From contig VXWI01000011.1 in NCBI GenBank assembly GCA_009835985.1, positions 11,483 through 75,482 of the forward strand: DNA of 64,000 bases, in the 5' to 3' direction. The translations under genes were made by a program, and so were the position numbers. Under the pieces are notes generated by a model that made no database searches, was not told the DNA's origin, and saw nothing but the letters and a program-made list of their open reading frames with translations. Of this stretch, positions 8,835 through 17,973 are shown piece by piece; the first letter of the stretch is position 1; the number at the start of each line of letters is the position of its first letter. The DNA is from Acidobacteriota bacterium. Lineage in GTDB: Bacteria > Acidobacteriota > Vicinamibacteria > Marinacidobacterales > Marinacidobacteraceae.

Positions 8835-10505
8835 TCAGTGACTCCCTTCGGACTTGTTTGGGGTTCTTGAGGACCGGCTGTCGAAACGGCCGCGGCGCAG
8901 CCGGTTCAGCGCGGAAGCGATCTCGTAGCGGCGGGGGCGGGCCAGACGGCCGGGGTGAGCGCCGGCGCGTCCGTCGGCCGTCAGCGATTCGAGCCCCGCT
9001 TCGTTCAGCCGTTCATCGAGGACGTCGAGGAGTTCGCTGACCGGAAGCCCCGCACAGTCCCGGGAGGCAGCGGCCATGGCGTATCCGGCGGCCCGCGTCT
9101 GGCTCTCGTCAAAGAGCTGTTCCACCGCCCTCAGGTCCACCTCTTCCTCTCCGTAGAGGAGGAGGTCGCGGCGGGTGGCCCGGATCCGCGGAGTCCCCTT
9201 GCGGCCGGCCGGGTCGAAACTCCCGGGGTCGGGACAGCGCTCCCGCCCGTGGAAACCGGCGGCCTCGGCATCGGGAGACCGCCGCGTCGGATAGCGCGCG
9301 GCCACCTCGCGAGCCCGGGCGGTCACCTCGCGCGGCCGGTAGTCCGCCAGCTGGATCACGGTGTCCGCGGCGTCGAGATAGTCCCCGGAACCCCCCATGA
9401 CCAGGATGGTGGAGACCCGGTGCCGCTCGAAGAGTTCGCGCACCCGGTCCAGCAGCGCGACGATCGGTTCCGCCTCCCGCGCCACCAGGGCCTGCATCCG
9501 GGCATCCCGGATCATCAGGTTGGTGGCCGAGGTGTCCTCGTCCATCAGCAGGAGCCGGGACCCCGCTTCCAGCGCCTCGACGATGGAGGCCGCCTGGCTG
9601 GTGCTGCCGCTCGCGTTGTCGGTGGTGAACGCGGTGGTGGCCCGCCCGCCGGGAAGCTCCCGGATGAAGGGGCTCACGTCCACCGAGGACACCGCGCGTC
9701 CTTCCTCGGCGCGGATGGTCACCGCGTCCCCGCGGGTGACCACTAGCTCCCGCCCGTCGCCGGGGACGTGGGGGACCACCGACCGGGCCAGCGCCTGGAG
9801 CAGCGTGGACTTTCCGTGAAAGCCGCCGCCCACGATGAGCGTGACCCCTTCCGGGATGCCCATCCCGCGGATCTCCGGCGGGCCGCTCCCCGGGTGGAGC
9901 AGGGACAGGCTCACCCGGAGCGACGCCGGGCTCTCGAAGGGAACGACTCCATCGGTCAGAGGGCGTTCGCTGGCGCCGTGCGCGCGCGGCAGGATCGCCC
10001 CGTCGGGCACGAAGGCGGTGAGGCTCCGGGCTTCGAGCTGGGAGCGCAGGTGGTGCTGGTTCTCGACCGCGTTCACGAAGGACTCCGGCGCCCCCTCCGG
10101 AAGGCTCCGGAACACGAGTGCCCGCCCCGCGATTGCCGGAAGTTCACGGGTCAGCAGGTCGGCGGCCCGGTGGCCGAGGATCCGGCGCCCCGCCGCCGGC
10201 AGACCCACTTCCACCCGGGCTTCGACGAAACCGGCGCCGGACGGATCGCCGGAGATCCGGATCGCGGTGCGCTCGAGGATCTCCTGGCCGCCCGCATCGA
10301 TCCGGATCTGGCCGCTGTGGCCGGACCCCGCCGAGCTTCCCGATTGGGGAATCGCCCGGCCGAATCGACGGGCCAGGAAGTCGGCGAGGGCGGTCCGACG
10401 AGCCCGGTTGGAAGCGAGCGCAGCGGGAAAGCCGGCCGTCTCCCCATCCATCCGGACCCTCACCCGGGAGGGAGGGGCGAAGGGATCGCGGGCCACCCGG
10501 TCCAC
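8835..10505 (-). CDS. Predicted ATPase of the ABC class (PF09818-like)
   Basis: 556-aa ORF. The Walker A motif is GGGFHGKSTLLQAL and the Walker B-like motif is LLLMDEDTSATN. Its stop is 2 nt from the creatininase start. The true start is probably internal (MDGETAGF). Confidence 0.55.
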   Translation of the reverse strand: MDRVARDPFAPPSRVRVRMDGETAGFPAALASNRARRTALADFLARRFGRAIPQSGSSAGSGHSGQIRIDAGGQEILERTAIRISGDPSGAGFVEARVEVGLPAAGRRILGHRAADLLTRELPAIAGRALVFRSLPEGAPESFVNAVENQHHLRSQLEARSLTAFVPDGAILPRAHGASERPLTDGVVPFESPASLRVSLSLLHPGSGPPEIRGMGIPEGVTLIVGGGFHGKSTLLQALARSVVPHVPGDGRELVVTRGDAVTIRAEEGRAVSSVDVSPFIRELPGGRATTAFTTDNASGSTSQAASIVEALEAGSRLLLMDEDTSATNLMIRDARMQALVAREAEPIVALLDRVRELFERHRVSTILVMGGSGDYLDAADTVIQLADYRPREVTARAREVAARYPTRRSPDAEAAGFHGRERCPDPGSFDPAGRKGTPRIRATRRDLLLYGEEEVDLRAVEQLFDESQTRAAGYAMAAASRDCAGLPVSELLDVLDERLNEAGLESLTADGRAGAHPGRLARPRRYEIASALNRLRRGRFDSRSSRTPNKSEGSH

Positions 10506-10751
10506 GAAGACGGTGATGCCGTTCCCGAGGGACCACTCCCCTTCGAGATCCCGGTAGGCGGGGTAGCCGCGTCCATCCAGACGGCGGCAGGCGGCAGCCA
10601 GGCCCGGACCTCCTCGCGGGGCCTCCCGGCGCTCGCCGCTGCGCGAGGAGGGGCGGGCGCGGTACGCGGTGATGAGGCTTCTCCCTACCGTTTGAACCGA
10701 TCATAGTGGGCCGTCGGGCAGGCACGGCTGGAAGTACCATCGTCCGAGGCA

Positions 10752-11741
10752 ATGACATCCGAATCCAGGGGGCGTTCGTACTGGGCCGATCAGACCGGTG
10801 ATCTGCGCGCCCGGCTGGCCGCCGCGGTGCCGGCAGAGGAGTTGAGACGGCTCCATCAGCGGCGTCCCCTGCTGCACTTCCTCGTGCTGGGCTGGCAGGT
10901 TCTCCTCCTGGTCGGCGGCGGCGCGATCGCCTGGTGGGCCTCCGAGTGGTGGATCTGGCTACCGGCTTCCCTGGTCGTCGGGTTCACGGTCTTCAACTTC
11001 ACCGTGATGCTGCACGAGGTGGTGCACGAGCTGGTCTTCGGAGCCAGCGGACATCCCGGCTACCGGGTGCTGCGCCACCTCTACGCGTTCCCGAGCGGCA
11101 TTTCGGCGACCCAGTTCACCCGCTGGCACCTGGATCATCACGCCCAGCTCGGAGATGGGGAGGCCGATCCGAAACGGCACTGGCTGTCGCCGAAACGGAA
11201 CGCGCGCTGGTTCAAGGCGCTCTACCTGACCCCGGCGCTCATCCCGATCTACTTCCGGGCGGCGCGGAACGAGACGGCGAGCTATCCGGACGATGTCCGG
11301 AGCGCGATTACCCGGGAACGGAGGCTCACCGTGGCTGGCCACCTGGGGATCCTCGCCGTCCTCATCGCCGCCGGCGGATTCTTCGCGGCGTTCAAGGCCT
11401 ACCTGGTCCCGGTCTTCCTGGTGTTTCCGGTGGCCTTCACGGTGAACCGGCTGGGCCAGCACTACGACATCGAACCCGGCAACCCCGCGCTCTGGGGCAG
11501 CGTGCTCCGGCCCTCGCGGTTCTGGGACGTCGCGTTTCTCTGGTCGGCGTACCACCTCGAGCACCACTACTTCCCGCGTGTGCCGTTTTACAACCTGCGG
11601 GCGCTCCATTTCCTGCTCCAGCCCTTCTTCGATGAGATCGGGGCGCGTCCCACCGGCTACGGGCGGCTCCTCTGGCAGTGGTTCGTCCAAAACCGGGCGC
11701 CGCACACCGACTGGCGGAAGCCGGCCGAATCGGCGGTCTGA
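10752..11741 (+). CDS. Membrane fatty-acid desaturase family protein (di-iron, three His boxes)
   Basis: 329-aa ORF with His boxes HEVVHE, HLDHH and HLEHHYFP, and hydrophobic segments. Confidence 0.8.
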   Translation: MTSESRGRSYWADQTGDLRARLAAAVPAEELRRLHQRRPLLHFLVLGWQVLLLVGGGAIAWWASEWWIWLPASLVVGFTVFNFTVMLHEVVHELVFGASGHPGYRVLRHLYAFPSGISATQFTRWHLDHHAQLGDGEADPKRHWLSPKRNARWFKALYLTPALIPIYFRAARNETASYPDDVRSAITRERRLTVAGHLGILAVLIAAGGFFAAFKAYLVPVFLVFPVAFTVNRLGQHYDIEPGNPALWGSVLRPSRFWDVAFLWSAYHLEHHYFPRVPFYNLRALHFLLQPFFDEIGARPTGYGRLLWQWFVQNRAPHTDWRKPAESAV

Positions 11742-11770
11742 GCCGTCCGACCGTGGCAAAATCCGAGGCT

Positions 11771-12010
11771 ATGGCCAAGGGAGTCGTCAAGTGGTACGAC
11801 CGCCAGCGCGGCGAGGGATTCATCCAGCGGTTCGAGGGACCGGATGTCCACGTTCCCAGCAGCGCGCTGCTCGACCGGGAGCCGGGGTTCCTGATCGAGG
11901 GTCAGGCGGTGGAGTTCGAGCTGCTGACGATTCCCGGCGGCTTCCGGGCGCGGCGCGTGCGGGTGGTGGACCGGGGGTCGCCCCGGGAAATGAAGCCGTC
12001 CTCGGAATAG
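11771..12010 (+). CDS. Cold-shock domain protein (CspA family)
   Basis: An internal ATG within ORF 11678..12010 gives MAKGVVKWYDRQRGEGFIQRFEGPDVHVPSSAL...GQAVEFEL. This carries RNP1-like (RGEGFI) and RNP2-like (DVHVP) motifs. It starts 30 nt after the desaturase stop. Confidence 0.7.
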   Translation: MAKGVVKWYDRQRGEGFIQRFEGPDVHVPSSALLDREPGFLIEGQAVEFELLTIPGGFRARRVRVVDRGSPREMKPSSE

Positions 12011-12101
12011 GGAGAACTGGCCGGCGTTCCAGGTCCCGGGACCCGGCGAAGCGCGGTTTGGGCGCCCCGCCGGTCAGCCCGCCCGGGACTGAATCGCGGT
12101 G

Positions 12102-12440
12102 CTAGAACCGCTCGAGAGCGTCGGCTTCGGTGTCGGTGATCGTCAGGATCTGGTTGAAACCGCTGATCTTGAAGACTTCCAGAATGTGCTCCTTCATCTC
12201 GCAGAGCACCAGCTTGCCCTTCACCCCGGCCAACCGCTTGGCGAGGATCAGCAGGACGCGCATCCCCGTCGAGTTGATGTAATCCAGCCCACCGAAATTC
12301 ATCACCACCTGGGTCGCGCCCTCCGGCCCGATGGCGTGCGCCATCACCGCCTGCTCGAACTCGCTGCTCGTGCGGGTGTCGATGCGCCCCTGGGGCGACA
12401 GCACGAGAACTCCGTTCTTCGTTTCATCCGTCAGGTTCAT
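12102..12440 (-). CDS. STAS-domain anti-sigma-factor antagonist (RsbV/SpoIIAA-like)
   Basis: An internal ATG gives the 112-aa MNLTDETKNGVLVLSPQGRIDTRTSSEFEQAVM...LVLCEMKEHILEVFKISGFNQILTI. The conserved phospho-Ser region of STAS proteins is present. Its start overlaps the upstream kinase stop (ATGA). Confidence 0.75.
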   Translation of the reverse strand: MNLTDETKNGVLVLSPQGRIDTRTSSEFEQAVMAHAIGPEGATQVVMNFGGLDYINSTGMRVLLILAKRLAGVKGKLVLCEMKEHILEVFKISGFNQILTITDTEADALERF

Positions 12441-12913
12441 TGAGCTTCCTCCTGGTCGCCGGCTGTTAGCGACCGGGTCAGGGTGATCCGGTTTCGATCC
12501 TTGATCCGTTCGTAGTTGGTGGTGGTCATGAGGGACTGAACGAGAAAAACACCGAGTCCCCCGATCGGCCTCTCCTCGAGGGGAAGGGTCGTGTCGGGGA
12601 CCGGCGCCTCGTGAAACGGGTCGAATGGTATCCCGTGATCCTCGATTTCGATGTGAAAGGTCCCGTCCGCGATCGTGGCCCACATGTGAATGTGGGCGTG
12701 TTCGAGTTCGCGGGTTCCATACTTGATGATGTTGGTGACCAGTTCGTCCACCGAGAGCGTGATCCGCTGGGTCTGGAGCGGCGACACGCCATGTTTCTCC
12801 GCGAACTCCTCGAGCGCTACGAGCATCTCGCTGAGTTCGCCCAGGTCCTTGTCCAGCTTGCAGGAGAAGGCCGGAGCCTTCGACTTGCGTCCAGGGCCGC
12901 GCCTCGGTGCCAT
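12437..12913 (-). CDS. Anti-sigma regulatory factor, Ser/Thr protein kinase (RsbW/SpoIIAB-like HATPase_c)
   Basis: 158-aa ORF with N-box-like ELVTNIIKYG and G-box GGLGVFLVQSL. It is translationally coupled to the STAS gene. Confidence 0.7.
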   Translation of the reverse strand: MAPRRGPGRKSKAPAFSCKLDKDLGELSEMLVALEEFAEKHGVSPLQTQRITLSVDELVTNIIKYGTRELEHAHIHMWATIADGTFHIEIEDHGIPFDPFHEAPVPDTTLPLEERPIGGLGVFLVQSLMTTTNYERIKDRNRITLTRSLTAGDQEEAQ

Positions 12914-13060
12914 CGGGGAGTCAACTTTAGCAGCCCGTGATGAAACCCACGCCCTCCGGGAAACCGGCCGGAATCTCGGTAGCCGCGGCGCGCGACGGAG
13001 GAATACTGGGCGTTTGCCGGGCGAAACGCAACACGCAAAGGCGGGTTCCGCCGCGGTCCG

Positions 13061-13981
13061 TCACGCCCCGTGGTTTGGGGATCGCACGTCTCCGAGGGGG
13101 GCGGGACCGCCGGAGGGTTCCACATCCAGCATCGAGATCTTGACGCTGACCTCCAGGTCCTGCTGGGCGGCTCCCCGGAAGGTGCCGCGGGTGGGAGGAA
13201 CGTCGCGATAGTCCCGCCCGCTCGCGACCCGTACGTGATGTCGCGGAGAGACCGTGTTGTTCGTGGGGTCGGCGCCCACCCAGCCGAGGCCCGGAAGGAG
13301 GCACTCGATCCAGGCGTGGCTGGCCTGCGCCATGACCTGCTCCCTCCCCTTGTGCACCGGGAAGAGGTATCCGGAGACGTACTGGGCCGGAATCCCCCAG
13401 CCCCGCACGATGGCGAGCATGATGTGGGAAAAGTCCTGGCAGACACCGCTTTCCGCCGCCAGGGCGTCGTCGATCGGGGAGTCCACCCGGGTTCGTCCCC
13501 GCTCGAAGCCGAGTGCTTCGTGAATGCGGGCGGTCAGGTCGCGAACGGACGCGAGGGGCGTTTTGCCCCGCTCGATCCCGTTCCGGGCGACGAAGGCGTC
13601 GAGCGCGGCGGTCGGCCGGGTCAGCGGCGTGGGGTTGAGCAGATGCCAGGTCGCCGGCGTGTGCAGGTCGTCCAGATCGTCCCAGGCTGCCCCCCTGGTT
13701 TCATCGGGGTCGCTGGCGTGCAGGCCCACGAGGGACCGGGAGGTGACCGTCAGTTGTTCGTGTTCGCCGGGGACGTCGAAGAAATGCACCGCGTTCCCGA
13801 AGCAGTCCTCGTAACTGCCGAGTTCGGCGCCGGGGTCGGTGTGGATCTGGAAGGACCTGAGATGCTGGGAAGCGTCGCTGCGGGGTTCGAGGTAGAGCGT
13901 GACGACGGCTTCCCGGATCGGTTCCGAATACCGGAACCGGGTCATGTGTTCGATGCGGTAGAGGGTGTCTTCGGTGGTCAC
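13061..13981 (-). CDS. Transglutaminase-like protein (Bact_transglu_N plus transglutaminase core)
   Basis: 306-aa ORF. The Cys-His-Asp triad context is GVCQDFSH ... HAWIE ... ADPTNN. It is the third gene of the ATP-grasp/alpha-E/TGase triad. Confidence 0.85.
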   Translation of the reverse strand: MTTEDTLYRIEHMTRFRYSEPIREAVVTLYLEPRSDASQHLRSFQIHTDPGAELGSYEDCFGNAVHFFDVPGEHEQLTVTSRSLVGLHASDPDETRGAAWDDLDDLHTPATWHLLNPTPLTRPTAALDAFVARNGIERGKTPLASVRDLTARIHEALGFERGRTRVDSPIDDALAAESGVCQDFSHIMLAIVRGWGIPAQYVSGYLFPVHKGREQVMAQASHAWIECLLPGLGWVGADPTNNTVSPRHHVRVASGRDYRDVPPTRGTFRGAAQQDLEVSVKISMLDVEPSGGPAPLGDVRSPNHGA

Positions 13982-14002
13982 GTGGGTGGTGTGCGCGGGC
14001 CC

Positions 14003-14977
14003 TTATCGGCCCGGGAGCGCCTGGTCCGCGGGATAGAAGATGTAGCGGCGGTAGAGCTCGTCGTGGAGTCCGCGGGCGAGCCGCCGCACCTCGGCGAGCG
14101 TCCCCCCGAGATCCTCCCGGTCCTGGGACCCGTAAACGAGCAGCGCCCGCAGCTGACCGGCGATCCGGTGCGCGGCCTGCAAGGGGTGGCGGGCGCCGCC
14201 GGCCGGGTCGATGCGGCCCAGGCCGTTCCGGATCTCCTCGGCGGCGAAGCGGAGGGTGTGGGGTGATTCCGGCTCGTGGATCAGGAAGGTCATCACCTTC
14301 CAGGGGTCGATCTCGGGCGTGTAGTGGCGGCAGTAGGGCTCGAAGCTGGCGCAACTGCGGAGCAGGAGCGACCAGTCCAGATCGGTGTCTTCGTCGTCGA
14401 GGGCCGGCAGGTAGTTTTCGAGGATCTCGGTGGTGACCTGGATGCGCTCCATGAACCGCCCGAGCCGGATGAAGTCCCACGCGAGTCCGTGCCGGAGCCC
14501 GTTATCGGTCACCCCCCGGAAGAGGTAGATCTGCGCCGACGTCTCCTTGTAGAAGTTCTCGGGCTCCTTGTTCCAGAAGAAGTGCAGTTGCGTGTCGCGG
14601 AGCGAGAGGTAGGTCCGGTTGAGCTGACTCCACATCTCCTGGGTGATCTCCTGCCGCGCCTGCCGGGCGTTCTCCCGCGACATGGCCCACAGGGACACCA
14701 TCGAGCCGGGGTTGTCCTGCTCGAAACTCATGAAGTCCGCGAGCGTGTAGGCATCGGCGAGCAGGAAGGGGTCCTCGTGTTGATCGCCGTAGAGCGGATC
14801 GCCTCCGGGTGGCGTGACCTTGAGGCTGTGGAAGAGCCGCGTCCAGCCGGCCGCTACCTGGGCGGAGGTGTTGTCGGTCACCGAGCGCACCTGAACGCCG
14901 AGGAGCCGGATGGTCTGGTCCGACCGCTCCAGGTAGCGGCTCATCCAGTAGAGGTTGTCGGCGACGCGGGCAAGCAT
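14003..14977 (-). CDS. Alpha-E domain protein (PF04168-like)
   Basis: The C-terminal 324 aa of the long spurious ORF 14003..16192 begin with MLARVADNLYWMSRYLERSDQTIRLL, the canonical alpha-E N-terminus. The ATG sits 2 nt after the ATP-grasp stop (TGAtcATG). Confidence 0.85.
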   Translation of the reverse strand: MLARVADNLYWMSRYLERSDQTIRLLGVQVRSVTDNTSAQVAAGWTRLFHSLKVTPPGGDPLYGDQHEDPFLLADAYTLADFMSFEQDNPGSMVSLWAMSRENARQARQEITQEMWSQLNRTYLSLRDTQLHFFWNKEPENFYKETSAQIYLFRGVTDNGLRHGLAWDFIRLGRFMERIQVTTEILENYLPALDDEDTDLDWSLLLRSCASFEPYCRHYTPEIDPWKVMTFLIHEPESPHTLRFAAEEIRNGLGRIDPAGGARHPLQAAHRIAGQLRALLVYGSQDREDLGGTLAEVRRLARGLHDELYRRYIFYPADQALPGR

Positions 14978-14979
14978 GA

Positions 14980-16482
14980 TCAGCCGTCCGTTTCCGCCGG
15001 GGTCCCGTCTGCCTCCGGCACGTCCACGATCCAGGCGTCCTTGGAGCCGCCCCCCTGGCTGGAATTCACCACCAGGCTGCCCTTCTTGAGGGCGACCCGG
15101 CAGAGGCCGCCGGGGACGATCTCGGTGCGCTCCGACTGCAGGATGAACGGCCGGAGGTCCACGTGCCGCGGCTCGATGTGGGAGCCGACGAGACAGGGCG
15201 CCCGGGACAGGGCGAGCGTCGGCTGGGAGATGTAGTTGTCCGGGTCCTCCCGGAGCGCCGCCGCGAATTCCTTCCGCTCGGTCTTGGAGGCGTGGGGACC
15301 CACCAGCATCCCGTAACCGCCGGACTCGCCCACCATCTTCACGACCAGCTTGTCGAGGTTGGCGAGGGTGTAGGCCAGTCCCTCGCGCTCGCGGCAGAGC
15401 GTGGTCGGGATGGGCTTGATGAGCGATTCCTCGCCCAGGTAGTACTTGATGATGCGCGGCACGTAGGCATAGACGGCCTTGTCGTCGGCCACGCCGGTCC
15501 CGGGGGCGTTCGCGATCACCACCCGGCCCGCCCGGTAGGCGTGGAAGAGCCCGGGCACCCCGAGAACGGAGTCGTCGCGGAAGGTGACCGGGTCGATGAA
15601 GTCGTCGTCGATGCGCCGGTAGATCACGTCCACCTGCCGCAGCCCGCCTGTCGTGCGCATGTACACGCGCCGGTTGTGGACGAGCAGGTCGCGCCCCTCG
15701 ACGAGTTCGATGCCCATCTGGCGGGCCAGGAAGGCGTGCTCGTAGTAGGCCGAGTTGTAGACGCCGGGGGTGAGCAGGACGATGCTCGGATCGCCCACCT
15801 GCGGCGGCGCGAGCGACAGGAGCGTCTCGAGCAGCAGCCGGCTGTAGTGCTCCACGTCCCGGACCCGGGAACGCCGGAAGAGCCGCGGCATGCTGCGCTT
15901 GATGGCATCCCGGCAGGCGAGCATGTAGCTGACGCCGGACGGCACGCGGAGGTTGTCCTCGAGCACGGCGAACCCGTCGTGGGTGCGCACGAGATCGGTG
16001 CCGCACACCGAGACGTAGGCGCCGTGGGGGACCTCGACGCCGCGCATCTCGATCCGGTAGTGCTTGTTGCCGTAGACCAGTTCGGCGGGAATCACCCCGT
16101 CGCGGATGATGTGGCCCTGGTGGTAGATGTCGTGGAGGAACAGGTTGAGCGCCCGGAGCCGCTGTTCCAGCCCCCGGGCCACGTCGTCCCACTCGTCGCC
16201 GCGCACGATGCGGGGGAGGCAGTCGATCGGGAAGACGCGCTCGATGGTCTGCTCGTCGCCGTAGACGGTGAAGGTGATTCCCTCGTGAAGGAACGAGCGC
16301 GTGACCCGCTCCTGAATCTGCCGCAGGTCATCCGGCGGCGTCTCCCGGATGGTCTCGAAGAAATCGGCGCAGTGCCGGCGCGGGGATCCCCCGTCGTCGA
16401 ACATCTCGTCGTAGAACGTCGAGTTGTGGTCGTACTGGCGGAACGCGGGCGCGGCGGTGGGTTGCGCGCTGGTGTTGGTCAT
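14980..16482 (-). CDS. Circularly permuted ATP-grasp type 2 protein (PF14403-like)
   Basis: 500-aa ORF. Conserved blocks are YDHNSTFYDEMF, VIANAPGTGVADDKAVYAYVP and LVVKMVGESGGYGMLVGP. Confidence 0.85.
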   Translation of the reverse strand: MTNTSAQPTAAPAFRQYDHNSTFYDEMFDDGGSPRRHCADFFETIRETPPDDLRQIQERVTRSFLHEGITFTVYGDEQTIERVFPIDCLPRIVRGDEWDDVARGLEQRLRALNLFLHDIYHQGHIIRDGVIPAELVYGNKHYRIEMRGVEVPHGAYVSVCGTDLVRTHDGFAVLEDNLRVPSGVSYMLACRDAIKRSMPRLFRRSRVRDVEHYSRLLLETLLSLAPPQVGDPSIVLLTPGVYNSAYYEHAFLARQMGIELVEGRDLLVHNRRVYMRTTGGLRQVDVIYRRIDDDFIDPVTFRDDSVLGVPGLFHAYRAGRVVIANAPGTGVADDKAVYAYVPRIIKYYLGEESLIKPIPTTLCREREGLAYTLANLDKLVVKMVGESGGYGMLVGPHASKTERKEFAAALREDPDNYISQPTLALSRAPCLVGSHIEPRHVDLRPFILQSERTEIVPGGLCRVALKKGSLVVNSSQGGGSKDAWIVDVPEADGTPAETDG

Positions 16483-16539
16483 TAGGGCTGCCGCATCGGA
16501 GTCTTGTGCGCCGGACCGGGACCGACGTTCATCTGCTGA

Positions 16540-17844
16540 TCAGGCCGACTTCGGGAGGCCGTTCCGCGCGACGTCCTCGTACACATTACAGAAGTAGTCG
16601 AGTTCGGCCATGGTCGTGTAGAGGTTCGGGGTGATCCGGAGTCCCTGGAACTCCTCGTGCATGATGGGAGTGACGATGATGTGGTGCTTCTCCCAGAAGT
16701 AGTCGCGGAGCCGGGGCGGTTCGACCGTCGTCAGGTTGATGTTGCCGATGGCGCAGCTCAACCTGGGGTTCTTCGAGGTGTGGAGTTCGGTATTCGGGAG
16801 TGCTGACAGGCGATCGGCCCAGGTGTCCTTCAGATAACGGAGCCGGGCCTCCTTGTTCTTCGCTCCCACCGTGTTGTGAAAGGTGATCGCCTCTCCGACC
16901 GCCACGAAGTTGGCGGCGGGATGGGTGCCGATCTCCTCGTACTTGCGGATGTCCTCGTCCATGCGCTCGGGGGCCGGCATCATAGGCCAGATCTTCGGGA
17001 TCTTGTCCTTCTTCACGTAGAGCATCCCGGTGCCCTTGGGGGCGAGGAGCCACTTGTGGAGGCTGGTGCCGAAGTAGTCGCAGCCGATGTCCTCGAGCTT
17101 GAAGTCGAACTGGGCGAACGAGTGCGCTCCGTCCACCATGACCTCGATGCCGCGCTCGCGGGCCACGTCGCAGACGGCCTTCACCGGCAGGATCTGGCCG
17201 GTGAGGTTGATCTGGTGGGACATCAGGATGATCCGGGTCCTGTCGGTGATGGCGTTCCTGAATCCCTCCACGACCTCTTCGTCGGTCTCCGCCGGGGTCG
17301 GGATCTGGATGAACTTGAGATCGATGCCCTCGCGGCGCACCCGCTGGCGGATGGTGGTGAGCATCCGCCCGTAGTCCTGGGTGGTGGTGAGGATCTCGTC
17401 GCCCGACTGGAGATCGAGGCCGAGAAGCAGGATTTCCATCGCTTCGGAGGTGTTCCGGACCAGCGCCACCTCCTCGGGATCGCACCCGAACACCACCGCG
17501 AGCCGTTGGCGGACGTTCTCCTTCCGGGGCTGAAGGATCTGCCACATCGTGTAGACGGGGGCCTCTTCGGATTCCCAGATGTAGCGGACGAACGCCTCGG
17601 TGACCATCCGGGGTGAAGGGCAGACCCCGCCGTTGTTCAGGTTGATGATCGAGCGCGTGACGCTGAACGCCTGCTGGATCTCGCTCCAGAAGTTCTCGTC
17701 ACGGGCAAGGTCTTCCGGGCTCGACCCCCCTGTCCGTTGCGCCGCGGCCTCGACTTTCCGGATCGTTTCCGGTCCGAAGAGGGTGGTGACGAGCGCGGCG
17801 CCGCCCGCTTCGCCTACCGAACTGAGAAACCGCCTGCGCCGCAT
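16540..17844 (-). CDS. Aminotransferase class V-fold PLP enzyme (isopenicillin-N-epimerase/cysteine-desulfurase-like) with twin-arginine signal
   Basis: An internal ATG in ORF 16540..18063 gives MRRRRFLSSVGEAGGAALVTTLFG (Tat motif). The PLP-Lys region is GTSLHKWLLAPKGTGMLYV. It lies 58 nt upstream of the ATP-grasp gene. Confidence 0.8.
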   Translation of the reverse strand: MRRRRFLSSVGEAGGAALVTTLFGPETIRKVEAAAQRTGGSSPEDLARDENFWSEIQQAFSVTRSIINLNNGGVCPSPRMVTEAFVRYIWESEEAPVYTMWQILQPRKENVRQRLAVVFGCDPEEVALVRNTSEAMEILLLGLDLQSGDEILTTTQDYGRMLTTIRQRVRREGIDLKFIQIPTPAETDEEVVEGFRNAITDRTRIILMSHQINLTGQILPVKAVCDVARERGIEVMVDGAHSFAQFDFKLEDIGCDYFGTSLHKWLLAPKGTGMLYVKKDKIPKIWPMMPAPERMDEDIRKYEEIGTHPAANFVAVGEAITFHNTVGAKNKEARLRYLKDTWADRLSALPNTELHTSKNPRLSCAIGNINLTTVEPPRLRDYFWEKHHIIVTPIMHEEFQGLRITPNLYTTMAELDYFCNVYEDVARNGLPKSA

Positions 17845-17973
17845 CGATGGTCCACTCCTTGAAGCCGAAAGCGGGATCCCGCCGCTTGCCGGACGAGCCC
17901 CTGAAGCCGGAGGAATGTACCACTCCGGCCGGGCCCGGAGCCCCGGTCGCGGCGCGGTTCGCCGGCCCGGAGC

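Noticed and set aside
12022-12033. Perfect 12-nt palindrome GGTCCCGGGACC between the convergent csp and STAS genes, as a terminator.
   Set aside because: It is too short and loop-less for an intrinsic terminator and there is no U-tract. It could equally be a restriction or regulatory site, so it is not called.
14003-16192. 729-aa ORF rich in Pro/Arg/Gly.
   Set aside because: It is an antisense or alternate-frame artefact of the GC-rich ATP-grasp gene. Only its C-terminal 324 aa (the alpha-E protein) are real. The same reasoning rejects other long low-complexity ORFs: 17847..20135, 18124..19584, 19388..21067, the 5' two-thirds of 21659..23698, 24610..26358, 27076..28326, 29223..30458, 30459..31460, 32709..35675, 37442..38848, 37740..40292, 40114..41166, 46286..47440, 46632..48116, 57081..58580, 57175..58527 and the 5' part of 61284..63989.
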